NCBI GenBank assembly: GCA_033762295.1
Contig: JANRLW010000002.1
Coordinates: 1-48,392 of the forward strand
DNA from: Capsulimonadales bacterium
GTDB lineage: Bacteria > Armatimonadota > Armatimonadia > Armatimonadales > Armatimonadaceae
Direction of reading: 5' to 3'
Length of the DNA: 48,392 bases
Below, piece after piece: positions 1 through 9,447 of the stretch. Made by a program: the position numbers and the translations under genes. Positions within the stretch are counted from its first letter, which is position 1, and each line of letters starts with the position of its first letter. The notes under the pieces were generated by a model. The model did no database searches and had not been told where the DNA came from. It saw nothing but the letters and a program-made list of their open reading frames with translations.

Positions 1-369
1 AAAGACTTCGAACGGGGCGGTCGGAACCCCGCCGCGCGCCATGATCGTCTTCGCATAGACTTTCGACCCTTCGAGCATCGCCGGTTCGCGCGACGGTCCG
101 AAAATACGCAGACCCCGGCTCTCAAAGGCGTCCACAACCCCGCCGATCAGCGGTTTCTCCGGGCCGACAATCGTCAGATCGATCCCCTGATGCTCGGCGA
201 ACAGACGCAGCTTCTCCGTATCGGTCGCCGCGATCGGAACGTTCTCCGCCAACTGCGCCGTTCCTGCGTTACCCGGAGCGCAGTAGATTTTATGGACGTC
301 CCGACTCCGGGCCAACTTCCAGCAGATCGCATGTTCGCGTCCGCCGCCGCCGATGACCAGAATTTTCAA
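1..369 (-). CDS. purD: Phosphoribosylamine--glycine ligase, 5' part (runs off window start)
   Basis: Minus strand from TTG at 369 reads MKILVIGGGGREHAICWKL...APGNAG...VGPEKPLIGGVVDAF...IFGP...LEGSKVYAK; AAGGAG RBS upstream. Not in ORF track because truncated. Confidence 0.95.
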   Translation of the reverse strand, partial: MKILVIGGGGREHAICWKLARSRDVHKIYCAPGNAGTAQLAENVPIAATDTEKLRLFAEHQGIDLTIVGPEKPLIGGVVDAFESRGLRIFGPSREPAMLEGSKVYAKTIMARGGVPTAPFEVF

Positions 370-451
370 CACTCGCTCCTTAGATGCCGCGCCCTGCCCC
401 GTTTCGAAAACGATCGGTCGATGTCGAATACGCAACCGGCTTCATTATATT

Positions 452-1948
452 CTAAAAACTGCTTTCCCGGTTCTCCGCCAGATTATCGAACCGTGCGAAC
501 TTGGGGAGGAACGCCAGTTTCACGGTCCCGGTCGGACCGTTACGATGCTTGGCGATGATGATTTCCGCCTCCTCGCCCGAATAATCGTCGGACCCCGGCG
601 GCGGATCGGGAGCGTCCTGCGCCTCCTTGCTGAACTCCTGCTTCCGCTCGTAGTAGGCCGGACGGTAGATGAACGCCACCAGATCGGCCTCCGCCTCGAT
701 CGCTCCGGACTCCCGCAGGTCCGAAAGCATCGGCCGTTTGTCCTCCCGTCGCTCGACCGCGCGGGATAACTGCGAAAGCGCGATGACCGGGACGCGGAGT
801 TCGCGGGCCAGACCTTTCAAACCACGCGCGATCGTGGTGATCTCCTCGTTCCGGTTGGCATCGTTGCGGCCCGTGCCACGCATCAGCTGAAGGTAGTCGA
901 CGATCACCAGGTCCAGACCGTACTCCGCCTGCAGACGACGACAGCGGGCGCGCATCTCCAGAGCGGACATCTCGGTGGTATCGTCGATAAACAGCCGGGC
1001 ATCCCAGAGACGCTGGACGGCGGCGGAGATACGGTCCCAGTCGGAATCCTGCAGGTAACCGGTGCGCATCCGGTGCGCGTCCACCCGCGCCTCCGAACAG
1101 ATCAGACGCTGAACCAGCTGCTCCTTGCTCATTTCCAGCGAGAACACCGCCACACTACGCGCCCCATGGTGGGGCAGACACGCATTCTGCCCGATGCCCA
1201 TGGCCAGGCTGGTTTTCCCCATACTGGGCCGGGCGGCCAGAATGAACAGGTCGCCTTCCTGAAGGCCGGAGGTCATGGCGTTCAGGTCGACGTACCCGGT
1301 ATCGACGCCGGTGACGATGCCCTTGTCCTGGTAGACGGTGTCCAGCTTCTCGAAGACTTCGGTCAGCAGGGGGCGCAGCGGTGTAAAGCCCTGGCCGGAA
1401 CGCTTGCGGGCGACCTCGAAGATCAGGCGCTCGGCGCGGTCCACCAGATCGCTGACCTCCTCCGTTTCACCGTAGGCCGTTCCGGCAATCTGAGAGGCAG
1501 CCTCGATCAGACGGCGAAGGACGGCCTTTTCCGCGACGATCTGGGCGTAGTAGGCGATATTCGAGGTGGTGAACTCGACGTTGGAAAGTTGCAAAAGGTA
1601 CTCGACGCCGACCCCGTCCAGCGTCCCGAGCAGCGTCATCTCGTTCCGGAGGGTGATAATATCGATCGGTTCGCCCTTGCCGTTGAGCGATGCCATCGCG
1701 TCGAAGATACTGCCATGGGCGTCCCGGTAGAAATCGTCGCGACTGACCAGTTCCAGACCGCGTTCGACCGCCGCGCGGTCACCGAGCAGCATCGCGCCCA
1801 GAACCGCCATCTCGGCTTCGATACTGTGCGGCGGGATACGCCCGATCGGGTCCTGATCGCCGCTTCCGCCATTGCCCCCCGGAAAACGACGACGCGGCGG
1901 AACCCCTCCGCCGCGTCCGGAAATGTCACGGAACCGGTCCAGTCCCAT
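452..1948 (-). CDS. dnaB: Replicative DNA helicase
   Basis: PPHSIEAE N-terminus, AARPSMGKT Walker A, FSLEM, VDYLQL, SQLSR, SDLRESGAIEAEAD, IIAKHRNGPTG; no intein. Confidence 0.98.
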   Translation of the reverse strand: MGLDRFRDISGRGGGVPPRRRFPGGNGGSGDQDPIGRIPPHSIEAEMAVLGAMLLGDRAAVERGLELVSRDDFYRDAHGSIFDAMASLNGKGEPIDIITLRNEMTLLGTLDGVGVEYLLQLSNVEFTTSNIAYYAQIVAEKAVLRRLIEAASQIAGTAYGETEEVSDLVDRAERLIFEVARKRSGQGFTPLRPLLTEVFEKLDTVYQDKGIVTGVDTGYVDLNAMTSGLQEGDLFILAARPSMGKTSLAMGIGQNACLPHHGARSVAVFSLEMSKEQLVQRLICSEARVDAHRMRTGYLQDSDWDRISAAVQRLWDARLFIDDTTEMSALEMRARCRRLQAEYGLDLVIVDYLQLMRGTGRNDANRNEEITTIARGLKGLARELRVPVIALSQLSRAVERREDKRPMLSDLRESGAIEAEADLVAFIYRPAYYERKQEFSKEAQDAPDPPPGSDDYSGEEAEIIIAKHRNGPTGTVKLAFLPKFARFDNLAENRESSF

Positions 1949-1963
1949 TGCGCGTACCCTTAC

Positions 1964-1998
1964 TGAAGAAAAGGGCCGGACGGTATGCCGTCCGGCCC
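1964..1998 (-). terminator. Intrinsic terminator between rplI and dnaB
   Basis: 11-bp stem GGGCCGGACGG/CCGTCCGGCCC (1973-1998) followed on minus strand by TTTTCTT. Confidence 0.75.
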
Positions 1999-2012
1999 GC
2001 TGTCGGCCCGAA

Positions 2013-2465
2013 TTACGCCTGAGCGCGAACGACTTCGACGGTCACGGTCGCCGCGATATCGCGGAACAGTTTGACCGGAATCGAGTACTGACCGAGCGAT
2101 TTGATCGGATCGATCAAAACGATCTTGCGCTTGTCCACCGCGACGTTCAGATCGGTCTTGATCGCGTCCGCAATGTCCTGCGCGGTCACGGAACCGTAGA
2201 GACGACCCTCGTCCCCGGCCCGTACCGGAACCTTCACGGTCTTGTCCGTCAGTTCGGCGGCGGCCTTCTCGGCATCCGACTTCAATTGTTCCGCTTTGCG
2301 ATCCTCCGCCGCCTTGCGCGCCTGATGCGCCTTCAGCGCCGAACCGATCGCCGCGACCGCCAGGCTGCGCGGGAAAAGATAGTTGCGAGCGTAACCATCC
2401 GCGACGGTCACCACCTCGCCTTCCTTTCCGACCTTGGCAATATCCTGCTGTAAAATTACCTTCAC
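2013..2465 (-). CDS. rplI: 50S ribosomal protein L9
   Basis: MKVILQQDIAKVGKEGEVVTVADGYARNYLFP, GRLYGSVT; conserved rplI-dnaB adjacency. Confidence 0.98.
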   Translation of the reverse strand: MKVILQQDIAKVGKEGEVVTVADGYARNYLFPRSLAVAAIGSALKAHQARKAAEDRKAEQLKSDAEKAAAELTDKTVKVPVRAGDEGRLYGSVTAQDIADAIKTDLNVAVDKRKIVLIDPIKSLGQYSIPVKLFRDIAATVTVEVVRAQA

Positions 2466-2548
2466 TTTGATTCCTCTGTACGATAACGCCGTTTATCCCG
2501 TTTGATCCCGGTTGTTATACAGCGAATCCCGGCATAAGGCAACTGGCA

Positions 2549-4141
2549 TCAGCGGCGAAGCTGTACGCCGAGGGTGGCCCGGTTCTCCCGGCCGATGGCG
2601 TCCATACCGAATGTCAGCGAGGCGTCCCGATTCAGGTAGGTCTTCGTGCGCAGGTTGGCCGTCCCCCGGTTCGGATCGAAGAAATCCAGTCGCCAGTCGA
2701 GCGGACCGGTGCGCAGATCCAGCCCCAACCCCAGCTTGCCGCCGATGAATCCGTAACGGTACGCCAACCCGGCCGGAATCGCGTTCGCCTGGCCTACCTG
2801 CAGGTTCAGCCGGTTGGTCTCGCCCGCGTCGAAGATGCCGAGCCGGTAGAACGTTCCTTTTCCGCCCGTGATCAGGGTGTAGTCGAAATCGGCACGGGCG
2901 CGCTCACGGTCGGTATCGTACAGTGAGTTGATGACGAACCCCGGTTCGAGCAGCGAGGTCGAGGAGAAGTAGGTGCGGCGGGCCGGGGTGTTGTCAGTCC
3001 CTCCGTTGGCCGGGACGGGCGCGCGCCGCTCCCCCGGCAGGCGTAGCTGTTCCACCCGCGCGGCCAGGTTGCGGAACGAGGCCGTCGTCTCCCGCAGGTT
3101 GGTCACGGTCGCCCGCAGGTCGGCATTCAGTTTCTCGTCGCCGGTCAGTTTCTGCAGGTTGTCGGCGGCAGTGTCGAATTTGGCGGAGATGGCGACCAGA
3201 TTGGCGGTCGCCGCCTCGATATTATCGGTGGTCGTCACCAGGTTCTCGCGGATCGCTTTATCTCCGACCAGCCCCTTGACCTCGTTGGTCAATGCCGCGA
3301 CCGAACCGGCGGCCTCCTCCGCGCTTTCCAGTAACGAGGAGAGCGTTTTGCGATTCTCGTTGACCGTCCCGGTCAGACTCTGCGTGAGCAGCCGGGCATC
3401 GCCGGTCAATCCCTCGACCCCCTGGGCCGCGCGTTTTCCGCTCGCGGACGTCGCCCGCAGGTCGGCCAGAAGAACGTCCACCTGCATTTTGATTTCCGGG
3501 AGTTGTTCGGAAAGGCGGCGCAGGTTCTCCGTCAGAACGGTCGTGTTCGCCAGAGTTCGGTCGAGCCGGGTGTTCAGCCTCTCGGTGAGATTGGCGGAAC
3601 TGGCGATCAGACGGTCCAGATTCCGCTGACGCCGGGGATCGCCGACGAACGCGTTCAACGTGGCGACCAGTTCCTGACCCTGACGGATCAGCGCGCGGGA
3701 TTCGGCCAGCGTCTTCGCCGATTCCTCCAGAGCAAAGTCGACCGGTCGTCGGGACTCGCCCTTCACGGTCTCCCCTTCGGCGATCGGGCCGCCGGTCGGT
3801 TGGGCGGGCGGGATCACCTCGACGTTCCCCGTATTGCCCAGAACCTTGGTGGTAATCAGGAACCGCGAACCGCGCGGAATATCGAACTGCCGCCGAATGC
3901 CCAGCGTCAATTCCGCCCGGTGATCGGGCGTCAGGCGGATCGCATCGATCTGGCCGATCTGAACGCCCGCCATCCCCACTTCCTGGCCGGGTTTGACCCC
4001 CATGACGTCGGTGAAGACGACCTTGATGATCTTGTCGTTGTTGAGCTTGCCGCGCAAAAACAGAATGACGAAGATCAGGGCCGCGATCGAAACGAGCGCG
4101 GTAATCCCGACCAGGAGATTTTGGATTGTCTGTTTGTTCAT
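2549..4141 (-). CDS. mlaD: MCE/MlaD family protein with long helical region and beta-rich C-terminal domain
   Basis: N-terminal TM, MCE motif (FTDVMGVKPGQEVGMAGVQIGQI...VLGNTGNVEVIP), ~250 aa coiled-coil-like region, downstream of mlaE/mlaF. Confidence 0.88.
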   Translation of the reverse strand: MNKQTIQNLLVGITALVSIAALIFVILFLRGKLNNDKIIKVVFTDVMGVKPGQEVGMAGVQIGQIDAIRLTPDHRAELTLGIRRQFDIPRGSRFLITTKVLGNTGNVEVIPPAQPTGGPIAEGETVKGESRRPVDFALEESAKTLAESRALIRQGQELVATLNAFVGDPRRQRNLDRLIASSANLTERLNTRLDRTLANTTVLTENLRRLSEQLPEIKMQVDVLLADLRATSASGKRAAQGVEGLTGDARLLTQSLTGTVNENRKTLSSLLESAEEAAGSVAALTNEVKGLVGDKAIRENLVTTTDNIEAATANLVAISAKFDTAADNLQKLTGDEKLNADLRATVTNLRETTASFRNLAARVEQLRLPGERRAPVPANGGTDNTPARRTYFSSTSLLEPGFVINSLYDTDRERARADFDYTLITGGKGTFYRLGIFDAGETNRLNLQVGQANAIPAGLAYRYGFIGGKLGLGLDLRTGPLDWRLDFFDPNRGTANLRTKTYLNRDASLTFGMDAIGRENRATLGVQLRR

Positions 4142-4156
4142 GAAAGTGGAGCAACT

Positions 4157-4984
4157 CTACTTCTTAACCTGAATCGGTCCGTCCACGGCTCCCGTGATAA
4201 ACTGACGCACGATCGGATCGGTCGTTTCCATTATCTCGCGTGGCGTTCCGTACGCCTGAATCCGTCCCTCATAAATCATGATGATCTTGTCGGCGACACG
4301 GTAGATACTCCCCATGTCGTGAGAGACGACGATGCTGGTAGCGCATTGCTCTTTGCGCGTTGCCAGGATCAGGGCATCGATCGAAGCGGCGGTCACCGGG
4401 TCCAACCCGCTGGTCGGCTCGTCGTACAGGACGATGTCGGGCTGTGTCGCCAGGGCGCGGGCCAATCCGACGCGACGGCGCATCCCGCCGGACAGTTCGG
4501 CAGGCATCCGGCGTTCGATGCCGGCCAGACCGACCGACCGCAGCAGTTCCGCAACCCGCCGCGCCAGCTCCCGGCGCGGCATACGCCGGTTCTCCGCCCG
4601 ACGCGGTCCGCGCTGAATACCGAAGGCGATATTCTCGAAAACATTCATCGAATCGAACAGCGCGGCATACTGGAACACGACCCCGATCTTGGCGCGCACC
4701 CTGAGAAGCTGCGTCTCGGTCATCGGAACGATGTCCTCGCCGTCAATCCGCAGTTCGCCCTGCGTCGGCTTGATCAGGCCGGCAATGCAACGGGTCAGCG
4801 TCGATTTGCCCGAACCGGAGAGCCCCATCACGCACAGAATCTCTCCGGGTTCTATGTCCAGCGTGATTCCTTTGAGGATATCGAAACCGTCGACCGAGTA
4901 ATGAAGATCACGGATCGAGATTTTGGCGGACGTTTCCGGGGTGGTCGGGCCGCAGGCGTTGTCTTCTCGGGTCATCGTCATCAT
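4157..4984 (-). CDS. mlaF: MlaF-type ABC transporter ATP-binding protein
   Basis: GLSGSGKS, FQYAALFDS, LSGGMRRRVGLARA, LYDEPTSGLDP, VSHD. Confidence 0.92.
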   Translation of the reverse strand: MMTMTREDNACGPTTPETSAKISIRDLHYSVDGFDILKGITLDIEPGEILCVMGLSGSGKSTLTRCIAGLIKPTQGELRIDGEDIVPMTETQLLRVRAKIGVVFQYAALFDSMNVFENIAFGIQRGPRRAENRRMPRRELARRVAELLRSVGLAGIERRMPAELSGGMRRRVGLARALATQPDIVLYDEPTSGLDPVTAASIDALILATRKEQCATSIVVSHDMGSIYRVADKIIMIYEGRIQAYGTPREIMETTDPIVRQFITGAVDGPIQVKK

Positions 4985-5006
4985 ATACGTTATCTACGTT
5001 CGGCCT

Positions 5007-5903
5007 TTAGTTCCCCAGTCCGTTCCGGAACAGGAGATAGGACAGTACGAAATTTGCGATAAAGATCAGAACGATCGAGAGAACCACCGAGCGAGTGGTG
5101 GAATTGCCGACGCCGACCGCGCCGCCTTCCGTGCGCAACCCGGCCCGGCAGCCGACGAGAGCGACGAGCAGTCCGAAAAAGATGGTCTTCACCAGCCCCT
5201 TGGTAATGTCGGAGGCATCCGGTTCCATCAACTGGCGGACGGAGTTCAGATAGGCGGACCACGGCAGGCCGAAGTAGGACGCGAAGACGCCGCCGCCGAA
5301 CACCCCGGCGAAGTCGGCGAGAAGGGTCAGCATCGGGACCATGAGGATGGCGGCGACGATACGCGGCACGACCAGATACTCGATCGGCGAAATACCCATC
5401 GAGCGCAGGGCGTCGATCTGCTCGCTGACCTTCATCGAGGCGATTTCGGCGGTCATCGCGCTGCCCGCGCGGGCGGCGACCATGACCCCGGCGAGGATCG
5501 GACCCGATTCCCGCGTGATGGAAAGCGCGACGATACCCCCGACGAGACCGGTTGCCCCATAGGTGCGCAACGTGCCGACCGAGTAAAGCGCCAGCACCGC
5601 GCCGGTGAAGCCGACCGTGAGCAGGGCGATCGGGACCGTGTCGACGCCGATGATCGACATCTGCCGGAGCAGGTCGACGCCACGGAGGCCCCGGAGGGAG
5701 ACGATCGCCTGACCGAGCAGCGAGACCAGTTCGCCGAAATAGGCGATAACCCCGAGAACGGCCTGAAACGCAACCCGGAAAATGAGTGTCGCACCCTGCC
5801 CCAGGCTTTGCGCCGTCTCCTCGAGACCCTCCGCAGAAAGGTCGGAACGAGGCTCGGGCGGGGGCGTCTGGCCGGTATCCGTGCTGCCGATCTTCGTACT
5901 CAC
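5007..5903 (-). CDS. mlaE: MlaE family lipid ABC permease (start inferred at GTG 5903)
   Basis: RESGPILAGVMVAARAGSAMTAEIASMKVSEQIDALRSMGISP...VVPR, GGAVGVGNSTTRSVV. The upstream part of the tracked ORF overlaps Uma2, so a later start was chosen. Confidence 0.9.
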   Translation of the reverse strand: MSTKIGSTDTGQTPPPEPRSDLSAEGLEETAQSLGQGATLIFRVAFQAVLGVIAYFGELVSLLGQAIVSLRGLRGVDLLRQMSIIGVDTVPIALLTVGFTGAVLALYSVGTLRTYGATGLVGGIVALSITRESGPILAGVMVAARAGSAMTAEIASMKVSEQIDALRSMGISPIEYLVVPRIVAAILMVPMLTLLADFAGVFGGGVFASYFGLPWSAYLNSVRQLMEPDASDITKGLVKTIFFGLLVALVGCRAGLRTEGGAVGVGNSTTRSVVLSIVLIFIANFVLSYLLFRNGLGN

Positions 5904-5949
5904 TATACTGATGAGAGTATATCGCCGGGACAAAGTTCCCGAAGAAGGA

Positions 5950-6624
5950 TCAAAGCGCGGACGGATCGATCCCGAGTTCGCGCAGTCGCTCCGCCAATCG
6001 ATCGCGTTCCGCCGCCAATCGGTCCCGTTCCGCCCGGACACGATCGAGTTCACGCCGGATTTCGAGGGGAGAGCGGAACGGAGTGCCATCGGGTCGATAC
6101 AGGGTCCAGGCGCGGTCGCCGGGCACCTCGAAACGGACACCGAGGCGGGGACTGACCCAACCGTTCGGCGTCCCGATCAGTATCAGGGACTCCTGTCGGG
6201 ATGGTCGTTGCCAGATAGTCAGGTCGAATCGCTCCGGGTCGTACAGGTAGTACTCCTCCGCACCGTAACGGTCGTAGAAATCCCGTTTACGCAACATCTC
6301 GCCGATCCGGTTGCCGAGGCTGAGAACCTCGAAAACGACCTGTGGCGCGACGCCCTCCTCCTCGAACTGCCGGTAGGAGCCACGGTAACCCTTTGGTCGC
6401 CCGAACGCGACGAACACGTCCGGCGCGACACGGATTTCCGGATGACCCTCGACCGGGTACCAGAGCAGGTCCATCGCGACGAAAACATCCTCACGGTCGG
6501 CAAAAAGATCGTCCAGGTTGGTCTTCAGACCGATCATCTCCTCGGCCTGAAGGGTATTGTCCGCCATACGTTCCCCGTCACTATCGGGATAAATGGATTT
6601 TGTGTGGTAGGCTGCCATGGTCAT
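5950..6624 (-). CDS. Uma2 family PD-(D/E)XK-like endonuclease with C-terminal coiled coil
   Basis: YPDSDGERMADNTLQ, VAPDVFV, PQVVFEVLS, YGAEEYYLYDP, terminal LAERLRELGIDP. Confidence 0.9.
   Translation of the reverse strand: MTMAAYHTKSIYPDSDGERMADNTLQAEEMIGLKTNLDDLFADREDVFVAMDLLWYPVEGHPEIRVAPDVFVAFGRPKGYRGSYRQFEEEGVAPQVVFEVLSLGNRIGEMLRKRDFYDRYGAEEYYLYDPERFDLTIWQRPSRQESLILIGTPNGWVSPRLGVRFEVPGDRAWTLYRPDGTPFRSPLEIRRELDRVRAERDRLAAERDRLAERLRELGIDPSAL
5989..6051. repeat. Three imperfect 21-nt heptad-coding repeats in Uma2 tail
   Basis: ctccgccaatcgatcgcgttc / cgccgccaatcggtcccgttc / cgcccggacacgatcgagttc, encoding ELDRVRA-ERDRLAA-ERDRLAE. Confidence 0.7.
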
Positions 6625-6628
6625 ATTT

Positions 6629-7552
6629 CTATTGTACCGCTTTCCGTTCCTCCGATAAACCGGAGATTTTCAGCCAGTTTGCCAGGCGAACGGTCCAATC
6701 GGCGAGAGCGGGGTCGTCGGTCGCCAGTCCGACCCCGTGCGGGCCGTGTTCGTAAATATGCAGTTCGGCCGGAACCCCCGCCTTGCGAAGAGCGGCGAAG
6801 AATGCCAGGCTGTTCTCAACCGGAACGACCGGGTCGTCCGCGGTATGGAAAAGGAAGGTCGACGGCGTCTTCGCCGTCACCCGTCGCTCGGCGCTCAGTC
6901 GCTCCCGAAGCGAGCGGTCCGGAGCATCCCCCAGCAGGTTCCGGCGCGAACCGGCATGGGCGTACGGTTCGATCAGCGAAATGACCGGGTAGGAGAGAAT
7001 CAGGAAATCGGGACGACTGCTGACCCGGTCGATCGGGTCGGCGGCGTTCGGGTCGCCGAAATCGAACTGCGTTCCGGTTGTGGCGGCCAGATGCCCGCCC
7101 GCGCTGAATCCCCAGACGCCGACCCGGTCGGGCGCAATGCCGAACTCCGCCGCCCGTGCGCGAACCGTGCGTATCGCCCGCTGCGCATCGATCAACGGCG
7201 TCGGATGCCGGTACCGGGGGGCGACCCGGTAGGTCACCACCGCGGCGAAAACGCCGCGCGCATTCAGCCATTCCGCGATCCGGCTCCCTTCATGATCGGT
7301 CATGACCGAGCCGTATCCGCCTCCGGGAAGAACGACCACGGCCATCGGAACCGCCGTCCCGGCCGGCGGACGGAACAGGGTTATCGTCGGCCGGTCCGCC
7401 GCTTCGGAACCGGTCGCGCCGGGGGCGGTGCCCGTCCACAGCGCGACGGTTCGTCGAGAAGAGGGCGGCGGCTGCGAACGTGCCAGCATCACGCCGACGG
7501 CGAAGGCGGTGCAGAGACAGCACGAGATCGCGAGCGGGAGTCGGGATCTCAT
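6629..7552 (-). CDS. Secreted alpha/beta hydrolase (carbohydrate esterase-like)
   Basis: Start MRSRLPLA (ATGA overlap with upstream GT2 stop), signal peptide, PGGGY oxyanion motif, GFSAGG nucleophile, DDPVV Asp, GPHGVG His. Confidence 0.88.
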   Translation of the reverse strand: MRSRLPLAISCCLCTAFAVGVMLARSQPPPSSRRTVALWTGTAPGATGSEAADRPTITLFRPPAGTAVPMAVVVLPGGGYGSVMTDHEGSRIAEWLNARGVFAAVVTYRVAPRYRHPTPLIDAQRAIRTVRARAAEFGIAPDRVGVWGFSAGGHLAATTGTQFDFGDPNAADPIDRVSSRPDFLILSYPVISLIEPYAHAGSRRNLLGDAPDRSLRERLSAERRVTAKTPSTFLFHTADDPVVPVENSLAFFAALRKAGVPAELHIYEHGPHGVGLATDDPALADWTVRLANWLKISGLSEERKAVQ

Positions 7553-8775
7553 GGCCGGAGGGTCGGCGGAACCGGGGGTGGGGGCGGCGGAATCGCCCGG
7601 GTGCGCAACTCCGCCAGCGGGTAGAAAGTATTGCGCCAGGTAACGCCGCCGTTTCGCTCGGTGACGTACATCGAACGCAGGGTGACATAAAAAAGGAGAG
7701 CGGCTGATACCGGCAGGCAAAGGGCGTAGGCCATCGGGATCGCCGCGCGGCGGGCGTGATGCGCTCCTCCGGCGATCAGAGAGAGCGAGGTGACGGCGTA
7801 AGCGGCCCGTGCCCGCCGATCCGTGGCGAGCAGCGCTCCGACCGGGGGAAGGAATATGCCGACGATCATCTGCGAAAGCCCCAGAAAAACGTTCAGCGGG
7901 GAGAAATGAAAGCCGGAATAGGCGTTCTTCACAAGCCCGTTGAGCAGACCGGCAAAACTCTCCTGCCAGCGTACCCCGACCAGGCCGGAAGCGCCGACAA
8001 CGTCCGAACGAAGTCCCTCCTCCTTGATACGGTGGCCCAGTTCCATGTCGTCGGCGACCTCCAGCGCGATTCGCCGGTGGGTGCCGACCCGATCGTAGGC
8101 ATCTCGCCGAACCATATTGAACGCCCCGACGCCCAGATACTCCTTCGCTTTCGGGTCGCGGACGCGCCACGGGCGAAACTTCAAAACGAAGAAATAGGAA
8201 AACGTCAGACCGAACAGGGTTTCACGGAAGCCGCGCAGGAACAGTTCGGGAAACACGGTCAGGTGATCGAGGTTTTCCCGGCGCATCAGGCCGACCGCGC
8301 GCGCGAGAGCATCGGGAGCGAAATGGATATCGGCATCCGCGAAGAGGAGATACTCGCCGCCGGCGTTCGCCGCACCCTGGTACAGCGCATGTGTCTTGCC
8401 CAGCCAGCCGGGCGGAAGATGCTCGATATGCAGGACGATCGCCGCCTTCCCGTGATCCGTGGCCTCGATCGCCAGCGCATCGGCCAGAGCCGGAGTGGTG
8501 TCGGTCGACCGATCCTCGGCGACGATCAACTCCAACCGTCCGGGGTACTCCTGAGCGATCAGCGTACGGAAGGCGTCCGGGAACTTCTCCTCCTCGTTGC
8601 AGGCGGCGATCACGACGGAGACGGTCGGGACGTCGTCGGTGTCGGGCGACAGAGGCGGTTCCTCGCGCAACTCCCGTGCGTTCCGATTTCCGAGGAAGTA
8701 GTCCGTGATGACCAGAGCCATCCCGACGGCGAGCAGACCGCCGACAAGATGAAACGCGGCTTGAAAAATACGCAT
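7549..8775 (-). CDS. Membrane glycosyltransferase family 2 (HpnB/CrtQ-like)
   Basis: VSVVIAACNEE, EDRSTDTT, PPGWLGKTHAL, FADAD DxD, GAFNMVRR, ADDMELG, C-terminal TM helices. Confidence 0.88.
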   Translation of the reverse strand: MRIFQAAFHLVGGLLAVGMALVITDYFLGNRNARELREEPPLSPDTDDVPTVSVVIAACNEEEKFPDAFRTLIAQEYPGRLELIVAEDRSTDTTPALADALAIEATDHGKAAIVLHIEHLPPGWLGKTHALYQGAANAGGEYLLFADADIHFAPDALARAVGLMRRENLDHLTVFPELFLRGFRETLFGLTFSYFFVLKFRPWRVRDPKAKEYLGVGAFNMVRRDAYDRVGTHRRIALEVADDMELGHRIKEEGLRSDVVGASGLVGVRWQESFAGLLNGLVKNAYSGFHFSPLNVFLGLSQMIVGIFLPPVGALLATDRRARAAYAVTSLSLIAGGAHHARRAAIPMAYALCLPVSAALLFYVTLRSMYVTERNGGVTWRNTFYPLAELRTRAIPPPPPPVPPTLRP

Positions 8776-8949
8776 ACGGTCGGATGATACCCGTCCGACC
8801 GCCGGTCGCGCCCGTCTTTTTCCTGGTGTGTAAGTGTGCTTTTATGCACGCAAATTGTTTGTGAAAAATTTAAAAACGATGTTAAAGGCGCAAACAGGTA
8901 TGGCAAGACGAATACGGAAATCAATCCACTCTTACAGGAGAATCGAACT

Positions 8950-9309
8950 ATGCTGAACAAAGCTCGACGCGCCTTTACGCTCATCGAAATCATGATTGTC
9001 GTTCTGATCATCGGCATCCTGCTGGCGATCGCCGTTCCGAACTTCGTCAAGGCCCGCGAGTCCTCCCGCGCTCGCGCCTGCGTCTCCAACCTGAAGCAGA
9101 TCAACTCGGCCAAGCAGCAGTGGGCCATGGACAACAAGAAGAACGGCGCCGACACCCCGGCCATGGCCGACCTGGTCGGAACCACCGCCACCGCGGGCTA
9201 CCTGCAGAGCACCCCGACCTGCCCGTCCAGCGGTTCCTACACCGTCGGCAACCTGGACACCCTGCCGACCTGCAGCGTCACCGCCCCGATCGCGCACGTT
9301 CTGCCGTAG
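8950..9309 (+). CDS. Type IV pilin / pseudopilin, probable major pilin
   Basis: MLNKARRA|FTLIEIMIVVLIIGILLAIAVPNF class III signal, C-terminal Cys pair, CAGGAG RBS, strongly C/G-ending codons, own terminator. Confidence 0.9.
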   Translation: MLNKARRAFTLIEIMIVVLIIGILLAIAVPNFVKARESSRARACVSNLKQINSAKQQWAMDNKKNGADTPAMADLVGTTATAGYLQSTPTCPSSGSYTVGNLDTLPTCSVTAPIAHVLP

Positions 9310-9336
9310 TCAATCGAACTTCGGTCGTTTCAAAGG

Positions 9337-9374
9337 CGGCCGTGCATTCCGGGCGGAATGCACGGCCGTTTTTT
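9337..9374 (+). terminator. Intrinsic terminator after pilin gene
   Basis: 14-bp stem CGGCCGTGCATTCC/GGAATGCACGGCCG followed by TTTTTT. Confidence 0.9.
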
Positions 9375-9447
9375 GTTTGCCGCACGGATACCGGGAACCC
9401 TGATCCCCTCCGCGGACGTTTCGAGTCCGGGAAGGGAGTTTACCCCG

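Noticed and set aside
370..451. Purine/ZTP riboswitch upstream of purD
   Set aside because: Short leader after a TATAAT (449-444) with no recognisable consensus.
452..1948. Intein in DnaB
   Set aside because: Normal length and contiguous helicase motifs.
5950..6624. Uma2 as a restriction/defence system
   Set aside because: Common, highly paralogous family; no methyltransferase or defence partners adjacent.
7553..8170. N-terminal extension of the hydrolase ORF
   Set aside because: Overlaps the GT2 gene in another frame; signal peptide and ATGA coupling support 7552.
8820..8935. c-di-GMP riboswitch or sigma28/sigma54 promoter upstream of the pilin
   Set aside because: AT-rich regulatory region, but no convincing consensus match.
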